Shown: piece by piece, positions 49,045 to 58,121 of the stretch
Numbering within the stretch: position 1 is the stretch's first letter
Layout: the number at the start of each line of letters is the position of its first letter
NCBI GenBank assembly: GCA_944372465.1
Contig: CALVZG010000034.1
Coordinates: 8,832-72,831 of the forward strand
Source of the DNA: an uncultured Clostridia bacterium
Lineage (GTDB): Bacteria > Bacillota > Clostridia > Christensenellales > UBA1242
DNA: 64,000 bases
Direction of reading: 5' to 3'
Program-made: the position numbers and the translations under genes
Notes under the pieces: generated by a model
Databases searched by the model: none
What the model was told of the DNA's origin: nothing
What the model saw: only the letters and a program-made list of their open reading frames with translations

Positions 49045-50364
49045 ATGACTAATTTAAAACTTATTACACCACGAAAATTGTCGGGGTTTATGGAACTTCC
49101 GCCTTATAAACAAATGGTTTTAGACCAAATGATAGATAAAATAAAAAAAGTCTACCAAAACGCTTCTTTTATGCCTTTAGATACGCCTGTTTTGGAATAT
49201 AGTGAAATACTTATGGCAAAATCTGGTGGCGAAATTGATAAAGAAGTTTATAACTTCAAGAAAGGTGATACAGATATTTGTATGCGTTATGACCTTACTG
49301 TCCCACTTGCTCGCTATGTTGCTATGAACGAAAATAATATTTCCTTCCCTTTCAAGCGTTATCAAATCGGTAAAGTTTATAGGGGCGAAAAAGCTCAAAA
49401 AGGTCGTTTCCGAGAGTTTATTCAATGCGATGCAGATATCGTTGGGCTAGATGAACTTCCTCTCGTTGCTGACGCTGAATGTCTAGCACTTGTTGACAAA
49501 GTTTTTAAAGCACTAGATTTAAAAATTCTTAATCATATCTCTAACCGTAATATTTTATTTGGTTATTGCGAGGCTTTAGGTTATAAAGAAAAAACTCAAG
49601 ACATTTTGACTATACTTGATAAAATAAAAAAAATTGGTAAGGATAATGTTATACAAAGTCTTTTACAAATTGGTGTTTCTCAAGAAAATTGTGAAAATCT
49701 TACAAATATAATCTTAAAAGAAGGCAATTTTGACATTATTTTAAGTCAAATTGAAGGTCTTTGCAATAATGATATTTTTCAAAAAGGCATTGATGAATTA
49801 AAAGAGATATCTTCTTATATGAAAGCTATGGGTGTTGATGAAAAATCTTATATTTTGGATATTGGTATTATTCGGGGGCAAAATTATTACACAGGAACTG
49901 TTTTTGAAGCAATGATGCCTGACCACCCTGAATTCTTGACTGTTTGTGGCGGTGGAAGATATGATAATCTTGCAGGTTTCTATACTGATAAAAAAATGCC
50001 CGGCGTTGGGCTTAGCATTGGACTTACTAGGCTATTTGACTTACTTGACCAAAACAATATGATTACACAATATAAACTTACAAATATAGACCTCCAAATC
50101 ATACCAATGGGAAATACTTTAAATGAATGTTTACAACTTCAAAATTACTTTTCAAATAATCTTGTTTGTGATGTAAATTATGAAAATCGCTCATTTAAGT
50201 CAAAACTAAAAGAGGCTAATAGAAAACAAATTCCTTATATTCTAATTGTTGGTGAAGATGAAGTGCAAAGCAAACTTTATTCTTTAAAAAATATGTTTAG
50301 TGGAAAGCAATGGAACTTATCTAAAGAAGATTGCAAAGAGCATATTTTAAATAACAGAATATAA
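49045..50364 (+). CDS. hisS: histidine--tRNA ligase
   Basis: Class II motifs: ..MRYDLTVPLARYVA.., YQIGKVYRGEKAQKGRFREFIQCDADIVG, and ..GGGRYDNL..PGVGLSIGLTRL. Confidence 0.88.
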   Translation: MTNLKLITPRKLSGFMELPPYKQMVLDQMIDKIKKVYQNASFMPLDTPVLEYSEILMAKSGGEIDKEVYNFKKGDTDICMRYDLTVPLARYVAMNENNISFPFKRYQIGKVYRGEKAQKGRFREFIQCDADIVGLDELPLVADAECLALVDKVFKALDLKILNHISNRNILFGYCEALGYKEKTQDILTILDKIKKIGKDNVIQSLLQIGVSQENCENLTNIILKEGNFDIILSQIEGLCNNDIFQKGIDELKEISSYMKAMGVDEKSYILDIGIIRGQNYYTGTVFEAMMPDHPEFLTVCGGGRYDNLAGFYTDKKMPGVGLSIGLTRLFDLLDQNNMITQYKLTNIDLQIIPMGNTLNECLQLQNYFSNNLVCDVNYENRSFKSKLKEANRKQIPYILIVGEDEVQSKLYSLKNMFSGKQWNLSKEDCKEHILNNRI

Positions 50365-50584
50365 ATTAAAATATTTCAATATAAACAAATCAAATTTTAA
50401 TTTTGTTAACACAAAGCACAATAAATTGTGCCATCACAGTTTAAATAAACATAAGTTTTGTCAAACATAACTTCGTTATAATTTGCTCAACTTTCGAAAA
50501 TATAAATTATTTTATATGTAAATCTAATATAAAGAGATTTTATAGAGATTAATATTAAAAATATTTATAAGATTATTAAGATAT

Positions 50585-50617
50585 AAAAAGATTGACAATT
50601 GTTTCAATCTTTTTTTT
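50585..50617 (+). terminator. rho-independent terminator 220 nt downstream of the hisS stop
   Basis: Hairpin AAAGATTGA-CAATTGTT-TCAATCTTT followed by T7. Confidence 0.65.
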
Positions 50618-50707
50618 ATTCGCTTTTTTATATTCTATTTAAAATTAAAGTGCATTAAATTAAACTAAAAAACTTGTTTTAATTTTTTTTTTGATTATAA
50701 TAACTAT

Positions 50708-52546
50708 ATGAATAGCAAAATTAAGGAAAAATTAAAACTTTTGACTAAACAGCCCGGCGTCTATGTTATGCGGGATAGCGAAGGTAATGTTATATATGTA
50801 GGTAAAGCTAAAAATTTAAAAAATAGGGTTAGTCAATATTTTAGAAATTCACCTAAACAAGCTAAAGTTCAGGCAATGGTTGATAATATTGATAATTTTG
50901 ACTATTTTATTACCATGAGCGAAATGGACGCACTTGCACTTGAAAGCAATCTTATCAAAAAATATCAACCTTTTTACAACATTTTATTAAAAGATGGAAA
51001 ACAATTCCCCTATGTTAAGATGAATTCAAAGGAACCTTTTCCTAAACTTGAAATTGTAAGAAAGGTAAAAAAAGATGGTGCAAAATATTTTGGCCCTTAC
51101 TTTGCTGGTATCGACGCAAGAGAAATATTGAAAACTATTAATTCAGCTTTTAAAATTAGAACTTGCAATCTTAAAATTACTGAAACTTCTATGGCAAAGA
51201 GGGAATGTTTAAATTATAGTTTAGGTTTATGTTCTGCGCCTTGTACAAAAAAAATCACTAAAGAGGACTATAAAAAAGAACTCGACCGTGTTATTAATTT
51301 TTTGAATGGAAATGATGAAGAAATTGAAAAAATATTAACCGAAAAAATGAATATTGCAGCACAAAATGAAAATTTTGAAAATGCAATTCTTCTTCGTGAT
51401 AGACTTAAAATGATTGCTAAACTTAAACAAAGGGTTGTTGCCAACCTCCCTAAAGATGTCAGTAAAGATATTTTTGCTTATTACTCTGATGGTTTAAGTG
51501 GTGTTATTACTTATATGGTTGTTCGTGGAGGGAAAATCCTCGGGATTATATCCTACCCTTCTCTTGAAGCTGAACTTGAAGAAGGGGAAACTCTTTTTAA
51601 TTTTATTATTCAATATTATCAAAATCTTCTTTTGCCTAATGAAATTATTCTTTCACATGATATACAAGATAAAGAACTTTTATACCAATATTTCAATAAA
51701 AAAGTCAACATAATAACTAACCCTCATGGAATTAATAAAACTCTTATGGAAATGGCTTTGATTAATGCCAAAGAATATTTAAACAAATTTATAGAAAAAG
51801 AAAAAATAAAATATAATAACACTATTGGTGCAATTAAAGTTTTAAAACAAAAATTAAATCTTAAAGAACTGCCTTTGAGAATGGAATGTTATGATATATC
51901 TAATATAAGTGGAACAAATAAAGTTAGTTCTATGGTTGTTTTCAAAAATGGCGAACCTTGTAAAAAAGATTATCGCAAATTTAAAATTAAAACTGTTAAA
52001 GGGGCAAATGATTTTGCTTCTCTTGCTGAAACTTTAAAAAGAAGATTTAAACGCTTATTAGAACAAAATGGTGAAAGTTTTAAAGAAAAGCCTAATTTAA
52101 TTATTATTGATGGCGGTAAGGGGCAATTATCTTCTTGTTATGATATTCTTAAAGAGTTTAACCTTGAAAATCAAATTGACATGATAGGGCTCGCTAAAAA
52201 ACAAGAAGAGATATTTTTGCCAAATAAATCTACTCCTATCCTATTTAAACAAGGTAGTGCAGAACTTAAACTTATTCAAAGAATTAGAGATGAGGCTCAT
52301 AGATTTGCCATTACCTATCATAGAACATTAAGAAATAACAAACAAACTAAATCTACACTTGAAGATATCCCCGGCGTTGGTCCTAAAAAAAGAGATGCCC
52401 TTCTAAAAGCATTTGGAAGTAGCGAAGAAATTGCTAAAGCAAGTATAGATTTACTTCAAACAGTTCCAGAAATCTCACCTGCACTTGCTAGTACTATTTA
52501 TAATTATTTTAAAAATAATCCTATCAATTATAGTCCAGAAGAATAA
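50708..52546 (+). CDS. uvrC: excinuclease ABC subunit C
   Basis: GIY-YIG N-terminus PGVYVMRDSEGNVIYVGKAKNLKNRVSQYF, the UVR domain, the endonuclease V-like region, and the C-terminal (HhH)2 LEDIPGVGPKKRDALLKAFGS. Confidence 0.95.
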   Translation: MNSKIKEKLKLLTKQPGVYVMRDSEGNVIYVGKAKNLKNRVSQYFRNSPKQAKVQAMVDNIDNFDYFITMSEMDALALESNLIKKYQPFYNILLKDGKQFPYVKMNSKEPFPKLEIVRKVKKDGAKYFGPYFAGIDAREILKTINSAFKIRTCNLKITETSMAKRECLNYSLGLCSAPCTKKITKEDYKKELDRVINFLNGNDEEIEKILTEKMNIAAQNENFENAILLRDRLKMIAKLKQRVVANLPKDVSKDIFAYYSDGLSGVITYMVVRGGKILGIISYPSLEAELEEGETLFNFIIQYYQNLLLPNEIILSHDIQDKELLYQYFNKKVNIITNPHGINKTLMEMALINAKEYLNKFIEKEKIKYNNTIGAIKVLKQKLNLKELPLRMECYDISNISGTNKVSSMVVFKNGEPCKKDYRKFKIKTVKGANDFASLAETLKRRFKRLLEQNGESFKEKPNLIIIDGGKGQLSSCYDILKEFNLENQIDMIGLAKKQEEIFLPNKSTPILFKQGSAELKLIQRIRDEAHRFAITYHRTLRNNKQTKSTLEDIPGVGPKKRDALLKAFGSSEEIAKASIDLLQTVPEISPALASTIYNYFKNNPINYSPEE

Positions 52547-52562
52547 TTAAAGTTTTGAGTCA

Positions 52563-52592
52563 ACACTGTAAAAATAATTTACAGTGTTTTTT
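52563..52592 (+). terminator. rho-independent terminator after uvrC
   Basis: Hairpin ACACTGTAAA-AATAA-TTTACAGTGT followed by TTTTT. Confidence 0.75.
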
Positions 52593-52693
52593 ATATTGTT
52601 AAAATTTATTTAATCTCTTGCCTTATTGATAAAAATTTTTAATTTTATTTGTATAAACTTTAAAAATTTTATATACTAATTTGGGAGGTTAAT

Positions 52694-53845
52694 ATGAGAA
52701 AAATTACTATGGTTCAATATGGTTGTGGGAAAATGAGCAAGTACACAATCAAATATGCCCTTGAAAAAGGCGTTAAAATCGTTGGCGCTTTTGATGTTGA
52801 TGAAAGCATTATAGGAAAGGACATATCTTTTTTAATTGATAGCGATAAAAAATTAAATGTAAAAATTCAAGATGCTAAAGAGTTTGATACTTTTTTACAA
52901 AATCATGATGTTGATGTTGCAATTGTTACTACTACGAGCATTTTTGCAGAGAACTACCCTATTTATGAAATATGCGCAAAAAACGGAGTAAATGCTATTT
53001 CTACTTGTGAGGAGGCTTTCTATGCTCAAAATTCTAATCCTAAACTAACCAAAAAATTAGATAAACTTGCTAAAGAAACAGGCTGTACTATTTGTGGTAG
53101 CGGTTATCAAGATGTTTTTTGGGGTAATTTAATTAGCGTTATTGGTGGTGCAACTCACAAAATAGTGAAAATTAAAGGTAAATCTAGTTATAATGTTGAA
53201 GACTATGGCATCAGTCTTGCAAAAGTTCACGGCGTTGGCTTTACAAAAGAACAATTTAAAAAAGAAATATCCGACCCTGAAGATATTTCTGAAGAGGAGT
53301 TGAAAAAACTTATAAATGCTGGAAAATTTGCTCCTTGTTATATGTGGAATGTTAATGGTTGGTTATGTTCTAAACTTGGACTTCATGTAACTAAACAAAC
53401 TCAAAAATCAATTCCTCAAATTGCCAATGAGAAAATTCATAGTTCTACTTTAAATATGACTATACCTAAAGGTTATTGCACAGGTCTTAGTGCTGTTGTT
53501 ACTACAGAAACTAAAGAAGGAGTTATTATTGAAAGTGAATGTATAGGAAAAGTTTATGGCAAAAACGATTATGACTGCAATGACTGGACTATTGAAGGTG
53601 AACCTTCTACTCGAGTTGTAATTGAAAGACCTTCAACTGCCGAACTTACTTGTGCTACTGTTATAAATAGAATCGTTGAAGTTCTTTGTGCAGAACCGGG
53701 ATATACTACCACTGACCAAATGCCTGAAAATATTTATAAAGCACATAATCTTGAAAAATACATTGAAATTGTTGATTTTGATGGTTGTGAAGATGGTTGC
53801 CATAACGGCAGTTGTCATCATCATGATTGTGGTTGTGAAAATTAA
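52694..53845 (+). CDS. DapB-like NAD(P)-binding dehydrogenase (amine-dehydrogenase/2,4-diaminopentanoate-dehydrogenase-like) with a Cys/His-rich C-terminal tail
   Basis: Rossmann-type N-terminus ITMVQYGCGKMSKYTIKYALEKGVKIVGAFD. The tail is CEDGCHNGSCHHHDCGCEN. The family assignment is tentative. Confidence 0.5.
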   Translation: MRKITMVQYGCGKMSKYTIKYALEKGVKIVGAFDVDESIIGKDISFLIDSDKKLNVKIQDAKEFDTFLQNHDVDVAIVTTTSIFAENYPIYEICAKNGVNAISTCEEAFYAQNSNPKLTKKLDKLAKETGCTICGSGYQDVFWGNLISVIGGATHKIVKIKGKSSYNVEDYGISLAKVHGVGFTKEQFKKEISDPEDISEEELKKLINAGKFAPCYMWNVNGWLCSKLGLHVTKQTQKSIPQIANEKIHSSTLNMTIPKGYCTGLSAVVTTETKEGVIIESECIGKVYGKNDYDCNDWTIEGEPSTRVVIERPSTAELTCATVINRIVEVLCAEPGYTTTDQMPENIYKAHNLEKYIEIVDFDGCEDGCHNGSCHHHDCGCEN

Positions 53846-53902
53846 AGATTACCATATTATTATTTATTAGTTTTATAGATAAACTTAAACGAAGAAATTT
53901 TA

Positions 53903-53989
53903 CATTGAAAGCAACTTGTCTTTTAGACAAGTTGAAAAGCATTTGCTTTTCTAAAATTTTAAAATTCTTTTAAAATTTTGCTTTCAATG
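53903..53989 (+). other. second cloverleaf-like nested palindrome or structured-RNA candidate, immediately upstream of tmk
   Basis: CATTGAAAGCA (53903-53913) pairs with TGCTTTCAATG (53979-53989). It encloses CAACTTGTC-TTTTA-GACAAGTTG, AAAAGC-ATTT-GCTTTT and AAAATTTTAAAA-TTC-TTTTAAAATTTT. All pairs are Watson-Crick. Confidence 0.4.
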
Positions 53990-54006
53990 ATGTTTTTGGA
54001 GCAACA

Positions 54007-54654
54007 ATGAACAAAGGATTTTTTATAACATTTGAAGGTGGCGAAGCATGTGGCAAATCGACTCAAATAAAAATGCTTAAAGAATATATACAAAATTTAC
54101 CAAATAAAGAAAAATTTTTATTTGTTAGAGAACCCGGTGGCACTCCCCTTACTGAAGAAATAAGAAAATTGATATTGAATTATGAAATTGACAAACCTCT
54201 TCCTATGACAGAACTTTTACTTTTTTGTGCTACTAGAGTTGAAAATGTAGAAAAACTTGTTTTACCAGCACTAAATAATGGTAAAGTGGTTATTGCTGAC
54301 CGTTTCTATGATTCTACTATCGCATATCAAGGTATGGCAAGAAATATCATGAACAGTGAAGATATTTTACAACTTACAAAAAAAATTATAGGGAATTTGA
54401 AACCTGATTTAACTTTTTATCTTAAAATTTCGCCAGAAGAAGCATTTAAAAGAAAAAAAAATATGAAAGAAGGACTTGATAGGATTGAAAAAGAAGGACT
54501 AGAATTCCATAAGGCAGTTTCAAAGGGATATGACTTCATATCTTCGATAGAAAAAGAGAGATTTTATATAATAGACGCCACAAAATCACCAGATGAAATC
54601 TTTGATGAAATTTTAAAAGTTTTAAAATCAAAAATACCAGATTATTTTTTATAA
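54007..54654 (+). CDS. tmk: thymidylate kinase
   Basis: FITFEGGEACGKSTQ P-loop, REPGGT, and DRFYDSTIAYQG. Confidence 0.93.
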   Translation: MNKGFFITFEGGEACGKSTQIKMLKEYIQNLPNKEKFLFVREPGGTPLTEEIRKLILNYEIDKPLPMTELLLFCATRVENVEKLVLPALNNGKVVIADRFYDSTIAYQGMARNIMNSEDILQLTKKIIGNLKPDLTFYLKISPEEAFKRKKNMKEGLDRIEKEGLEFHKAVSKGYDFISSIEKERFYIIDATKSPDEIFDEILKVLKSKIPDYFL

Positions 54655-54671
54655 TTTAATTAATACGAACT

Positions 54672-54704
54672 AAAAACGCATTAAATAAAATTTAATGCGT
54701 TTTT
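54672..54704. terminator. bidirectional terminator between tmk and the M16 peptidase gene
   Basis: Hairpin ACGCATTAAA-TAAAA-TTTAATGCGT, flanked by A5 upstream and T4 downstream. Confidence 0.75.
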
Positions 54705-56018
54705 CTATTTCTTTATTTTTATTTTTTTGCAATATTCGTTATAATCAAAATCTTTATATTTCTCATCTTCTGTTATTATAACAATATTAGGTTTTTTGCC
54801 TTTAATTAACTTAATTCTATCTATAATTTCTTGATAAGTTATTGAATTATACAATTTTTCATAGTATTCATATTCTTCATTACCTAATATTGTTCCAAAT
54901 CTATTATAATCACTATAATTTTCATCTGCACGATTAAATATTCCTGTTTGGTCAAAATTAATACTTCCTAAAATCCTATTAATTCTAGTTTTAAAGCGTT
55001 CTTCAGTTATTTCATCTAAAATTTTATTTATGAATTCAGGATATACATTCAAAATATTATCAATATTTTCTTTTGAACATTCCACTTTAAAAGAAAAATA
55101 TGTTGTGTCAATATATTGAGAATATCCAACCGAACAACTATAACAAAGTTCTTTGTTTTGCCTAAAAAAATTATAAGCTATTTCATTAAGCAAGCCCTTT
55201 GTTATTCTATTTACGGCAGCAACCCTTCTATCATAATAAACAGATTTTTCTCTTTTTTCTAGTTGATAATCAAAATTTATAATTCCCTTCTCTTTTTCAT
55301 AAGGCTTTGCATAATAATAGTGCGGGCCTTTATCTCCTAAATTATCTATTCTTGAAAACCCCTTTTTGCCATATTCTTTTACTCTCGGCGAAACATATTT
55401 TTCTATAAGTTTTTCAATTTCTTTCTTTTTAATATTTCCTACGACATTAACAACTAAATTTTCTTTATTTATATATAAACTTATAAACTTCTTAATATCA
55501 CTTGTTTTAATTTTTGAAATGGTCTCTATACTTCCTGCCGCTGTATATTCATGATTTCTTATCTCTTTATTTCTCGCTTGGTTTTTATCTAAAATTAAAC
55601 CTAACAAGCCACTATTTGTAAGACGCCTAGTTTTTATCTCATCACTTATTATCTTAAATTCAGAAGCAAATTCTTTTTCAGAAACTATTACATCACTAAA
55701 AGGCTCTGTCAAGAAGTCTACCGCCCCGCCTATTTCTTTGTTAGTTGCACTTACAATGAAAACCATTTCATTAAATCCTGTGTAAGCATTAAAATATTGA
55801 TACTTCATTATAATTTTATTTCTTTGTTCTCTTGAATGTTTTTTTGTGGAAAATCCCATTAAAACATGTTCGCAAAAATGTGCAAGTCCTGCCTTGCCAA
55901 TTGGGTCATTGTTGGAACCTGCTTTAAAATGAAGTTCAAACACCACCCCTTTTATATTAGGAATATATTCGTAAATTATTGTAATTCCATCTTTGCTTTT
56001 AAATATTCTATTTTGCAT
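54705..56018 (-). CDS. M16 (pitrilysin/insulinase) family zinc peptidase
   Basis: Inverted zinc motif HxxEH in GLAHFCEHVLMG. The length of about 430 aa fits the family. Confidence 0.8.
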   Translation of the reverse strand: MQNRIFKSKDGITIIYEYIPNIKGVVFELHFKAGSNNDPIGKAGLAHFCEHVLMGFSTKKHSREQRNKIIMKYQYFNAYTGFNEMVFIVSATNKEIGGAVDFLTEPFSDVIVSEKEFASEFKIISDEIKTRRLTNSGLLGLILDKNQARNKEIRNHEYTAAGSIETISKIKTSDIKKFISLYINKENLVVNVVGNIKKKEIEKLIEKYVSPRVKEYGKKGFSRIDNLGDKGPHYYYAKPYEKEKGIINFDYQLEKREKSVYYDRRVAAVNRITKGLLNEIAYNFFRQNKELCYSCSVGYSQYIDTTYFSFKVECSKENIDNILNVYPEFINKILDEITEERFKTRINRILGSINFDQTGIFNRADENYSDYNRFGTILGNEEYEYYEKLYNSITYQEIIDRIKLIKGKKPNIVIITEDEKYKDFDYNEYCKKIKIKK

Positions 56019-56080
56019 ATAATACCTTTATAATATTAAAAAATATACTTTTTTATCATTATCGTTTTAATTTTTTATAT

Positions 56081-56632
56081 TTAATTTTTATCATCATTTT
56101 TTAATTTTAAATTTGCTTTCTTTTGGAATTTGCCATCTTTTTTATATACTACAAATTTTGTATCTTGATTTTTACTTAATTCTTGAACTCTTAATAGTGC
56201 TTCTTCTTTGGTCTTTTTGCTATCAATAACTCTGCCTGCTCCATCTTTCTTTATTTTCCAAAGTTTATCTTCTTTATCAAATAGAACACGATAAACTGAT
56301 TTTTTATTTTGTTTATCTTCCTTTTCTTCTACTTTCTTCTCTTGTTTTTTCCCTTTTATTTTGTCGTTGTCTGTTGGTTTAGTCATTTCTTTATCTCCTG
56401 TTTCTTTATCGCTAATTGATTTAGTTTTATTTTCATCTTTTTTACTTGTTAGTTCTTGATTTTTAGTTACTTGTTGTTGATTTCTAGTTGATTGTTCTTG
56501 ATTTTTAGTTGGTTGTTGTTGATTTCTAGTTGATTGTTCTTGATTTTTAGTTGGTTGTTTTTCCTCTTTTACGACTTGGACATCTTTTTTCTCTTCCTTT
56601 TTATTCTTTTTCTTTTTTGTAAACGGCCACAT
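56081..56632 (-). CDS. Lys/Glu/Gln-rich protein with a C-terminal DUF2188-like domain
   Basis: C-terminus YRVLFDKEDKLWKIKKDGAGRVIDSKKTKEEALLRVQELSKNQDTKFVVYKKDGKFQ. The N-terminal part carries tandem QPTKNQEQSTRNQQ repeats. Confidence 0.55.
   Translation of the reverse strand: MWPFTKKKKNKKEEKKDVQVVKEEKQPTKNQEQSTRNQQQPTKNQEQSTRNQQQVTKNQELTSKKDENKTKSISDKETGDKEMTKPTDNDKIKGKKQEKKVEEKEDKQNKKSVYRVLFDKEDKLWKIKKDGAGRVIDSKKTKEEALLRVQELSKNQDTKFVVYKKDGKFQKKANLKLKNDDKN
56471..56554. repeat. two exact 42-nt tandem repeats inside the DUF2188-like gene (14-aa repeat)
   Basis: 56471-56512 and 56513-56554 are identical (TTGTTGTTGATTTCTAGTTGATTGTTCTTGATTTTTAGTTGG), with partial copies on both flanks. Confidence 0.85.
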
Positions 56633-56807
56633 AATATTATCTCCTTTTTTATTTATTTTTTATTGATATTTTATTATAACATTTTCATTATTTATTTTCA
56701 ATATATTTTCCTTTTTTTATTCTATTTTAGCAATATTTAATTATTTATAACTTATTTTATTTTTTTATTTTTTTGTTTTATGCTATGATATTACATAAGG
56801 AGTTATA

Positions 56808-57989
56808 ATGAAAAATATTGGTACTATTTCGTTGGGTATTAAAGCGCCTATTATTAGACCGGGCGATGACCTTGTTGAAATCACTTGCGAAAGTGTTTTA
56901 AAAGCAGTTAAAGAGGCTAAAATCAAATTAAAGGATAAAGATATTGTCGCTGTTACTGAAGCTGTTGTTGCTAAAAGTCAAGGCAATTTTGCTACTGTTG
57001 ACGATATTGCTAAAGATGTTAAAGCAAAAATTGGTGAAGGGATAGTTGGAGTTATCTTCCCTATTCTTTCACGAAATAGATTTTCTAACATTTTAAAAGG
57101 AATTGCTAGGGGTTGTGATAAACTCGTTTTACAACTTTCCTATCCATTTGACGAAGTTGGAAATCCTCTTGTTTCTATAGACAAATTATATGACAAAGGC
57201 ATAACTAACTTTAATAAAACATATAGTGAAAAGCAGTTTTATAAACTTGTTGGCAAAATTGAGCACCCTTTTACTGGACTAGACTACATTGACTTTTATA
57301 AAAAAATTTGTGGGGATAAATGTAAAATCATATTATCTAATGACCCTACAACTATTTTAAAATATACAAAAAAAGTAATCTCTGCAGACATACATTCTCG
57401 CTTTAGAAATAAAGATTTACTTTTAAAACATGGAGCAAAAAAAGTGCTAACGCTTGATGAAATTCTTTCATGTTCTATTGATGGAAGTGGTTATAATGAA
57501 AAATTTGGAGTTTTAGGTTCAAACCTTTCTACTGATGAAAAATTAAAGTTATTTCCTCGTAATACACAAGACTTTGTTAAAAAATTGCACAAAAGACTTC
57601 GTGAAGTTACAGGCGTAAAAATGGAATGTTTAGTTTATGGTGATGGCGCATTTAAAGACCCTGTTGGTGGAATTTGGGAACTTGCAGACCCTGTTGTATC
57701 CCCTGCATATTCAAGCGGACTTGAAGGAACCCCAAATGAAATAAAACTTAAATATGTTGCCGACAATCAAATAGGAGATCTTAAAGGTAAAGAAGCCGAA
57801 AATGCTATAAAAAATATTATTAGTCAAAAAAATAAAAATTTAAAAAATCAAAATATATCTTTAGGCACTACACCGAGAAGATATACCGATTTAATAGGTT
57901 CACTTGCTGACCTTACAAGTGGTAGTGGTGATAAGGGTACACCTATTGTTTTAATTACAGGCTATTTTAATAACTATGTAGATGAATAA
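56808..57989 (+). CDS. CofE-like (F420-0:gamma-glutamyl ligase family) protein
   Basis: N-terminus ISLGIKAPIIRPGDDLVEIT..DIVAVTEAVVAKSQGN resembles the COG1478/CofE fold. The assignment is tentative. Confidence 0.5.
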   Translation: MKNIGTISLGIKAPIIRPGDDLVEITCESVLKAVKEAKIKLKDKDIVAVTEAVVAKSQGNFATVDDIAKDVKAKIGEGIVGVIFPILSRNRFSNILKGIARGCDKLVLQLSYPFDEVGNPLVSIDKLYDKGITNFNKTYSEKQFYKLVGKIEHPFTGLDYIDFYKKICGDKCKIILSNDPTTILKYTKKVISADIHSRFRNKDLLLKHGAKKVLTLDEILSCSIDGSGYNEKFGVLGSNLSTDEKLKLFPRNTQDFVKKLHKRLREVTGVKMECLVYGDGAFKDPVGGIWELADPVVSPAYSSGLEGTPNEIKLKYVADNQIGDLKGKEAENAIKNIISQKNKNLKNQNISLGTTPRRYTDLIGSLADLTSGSGDKGTPIVLITGYFNNYVDE

Positions 57990-58121
57990 TTAAACTTTTT
58001 TATATTTTAAATTTATTTTATAAAAAACTATTGAAAATTAAAACAATTTTTTATATAATATTAGCATAAAAGGAAATATGATTATAATAATATAAAAAAA
58101 ATAATTGATTGTCATACTCAT

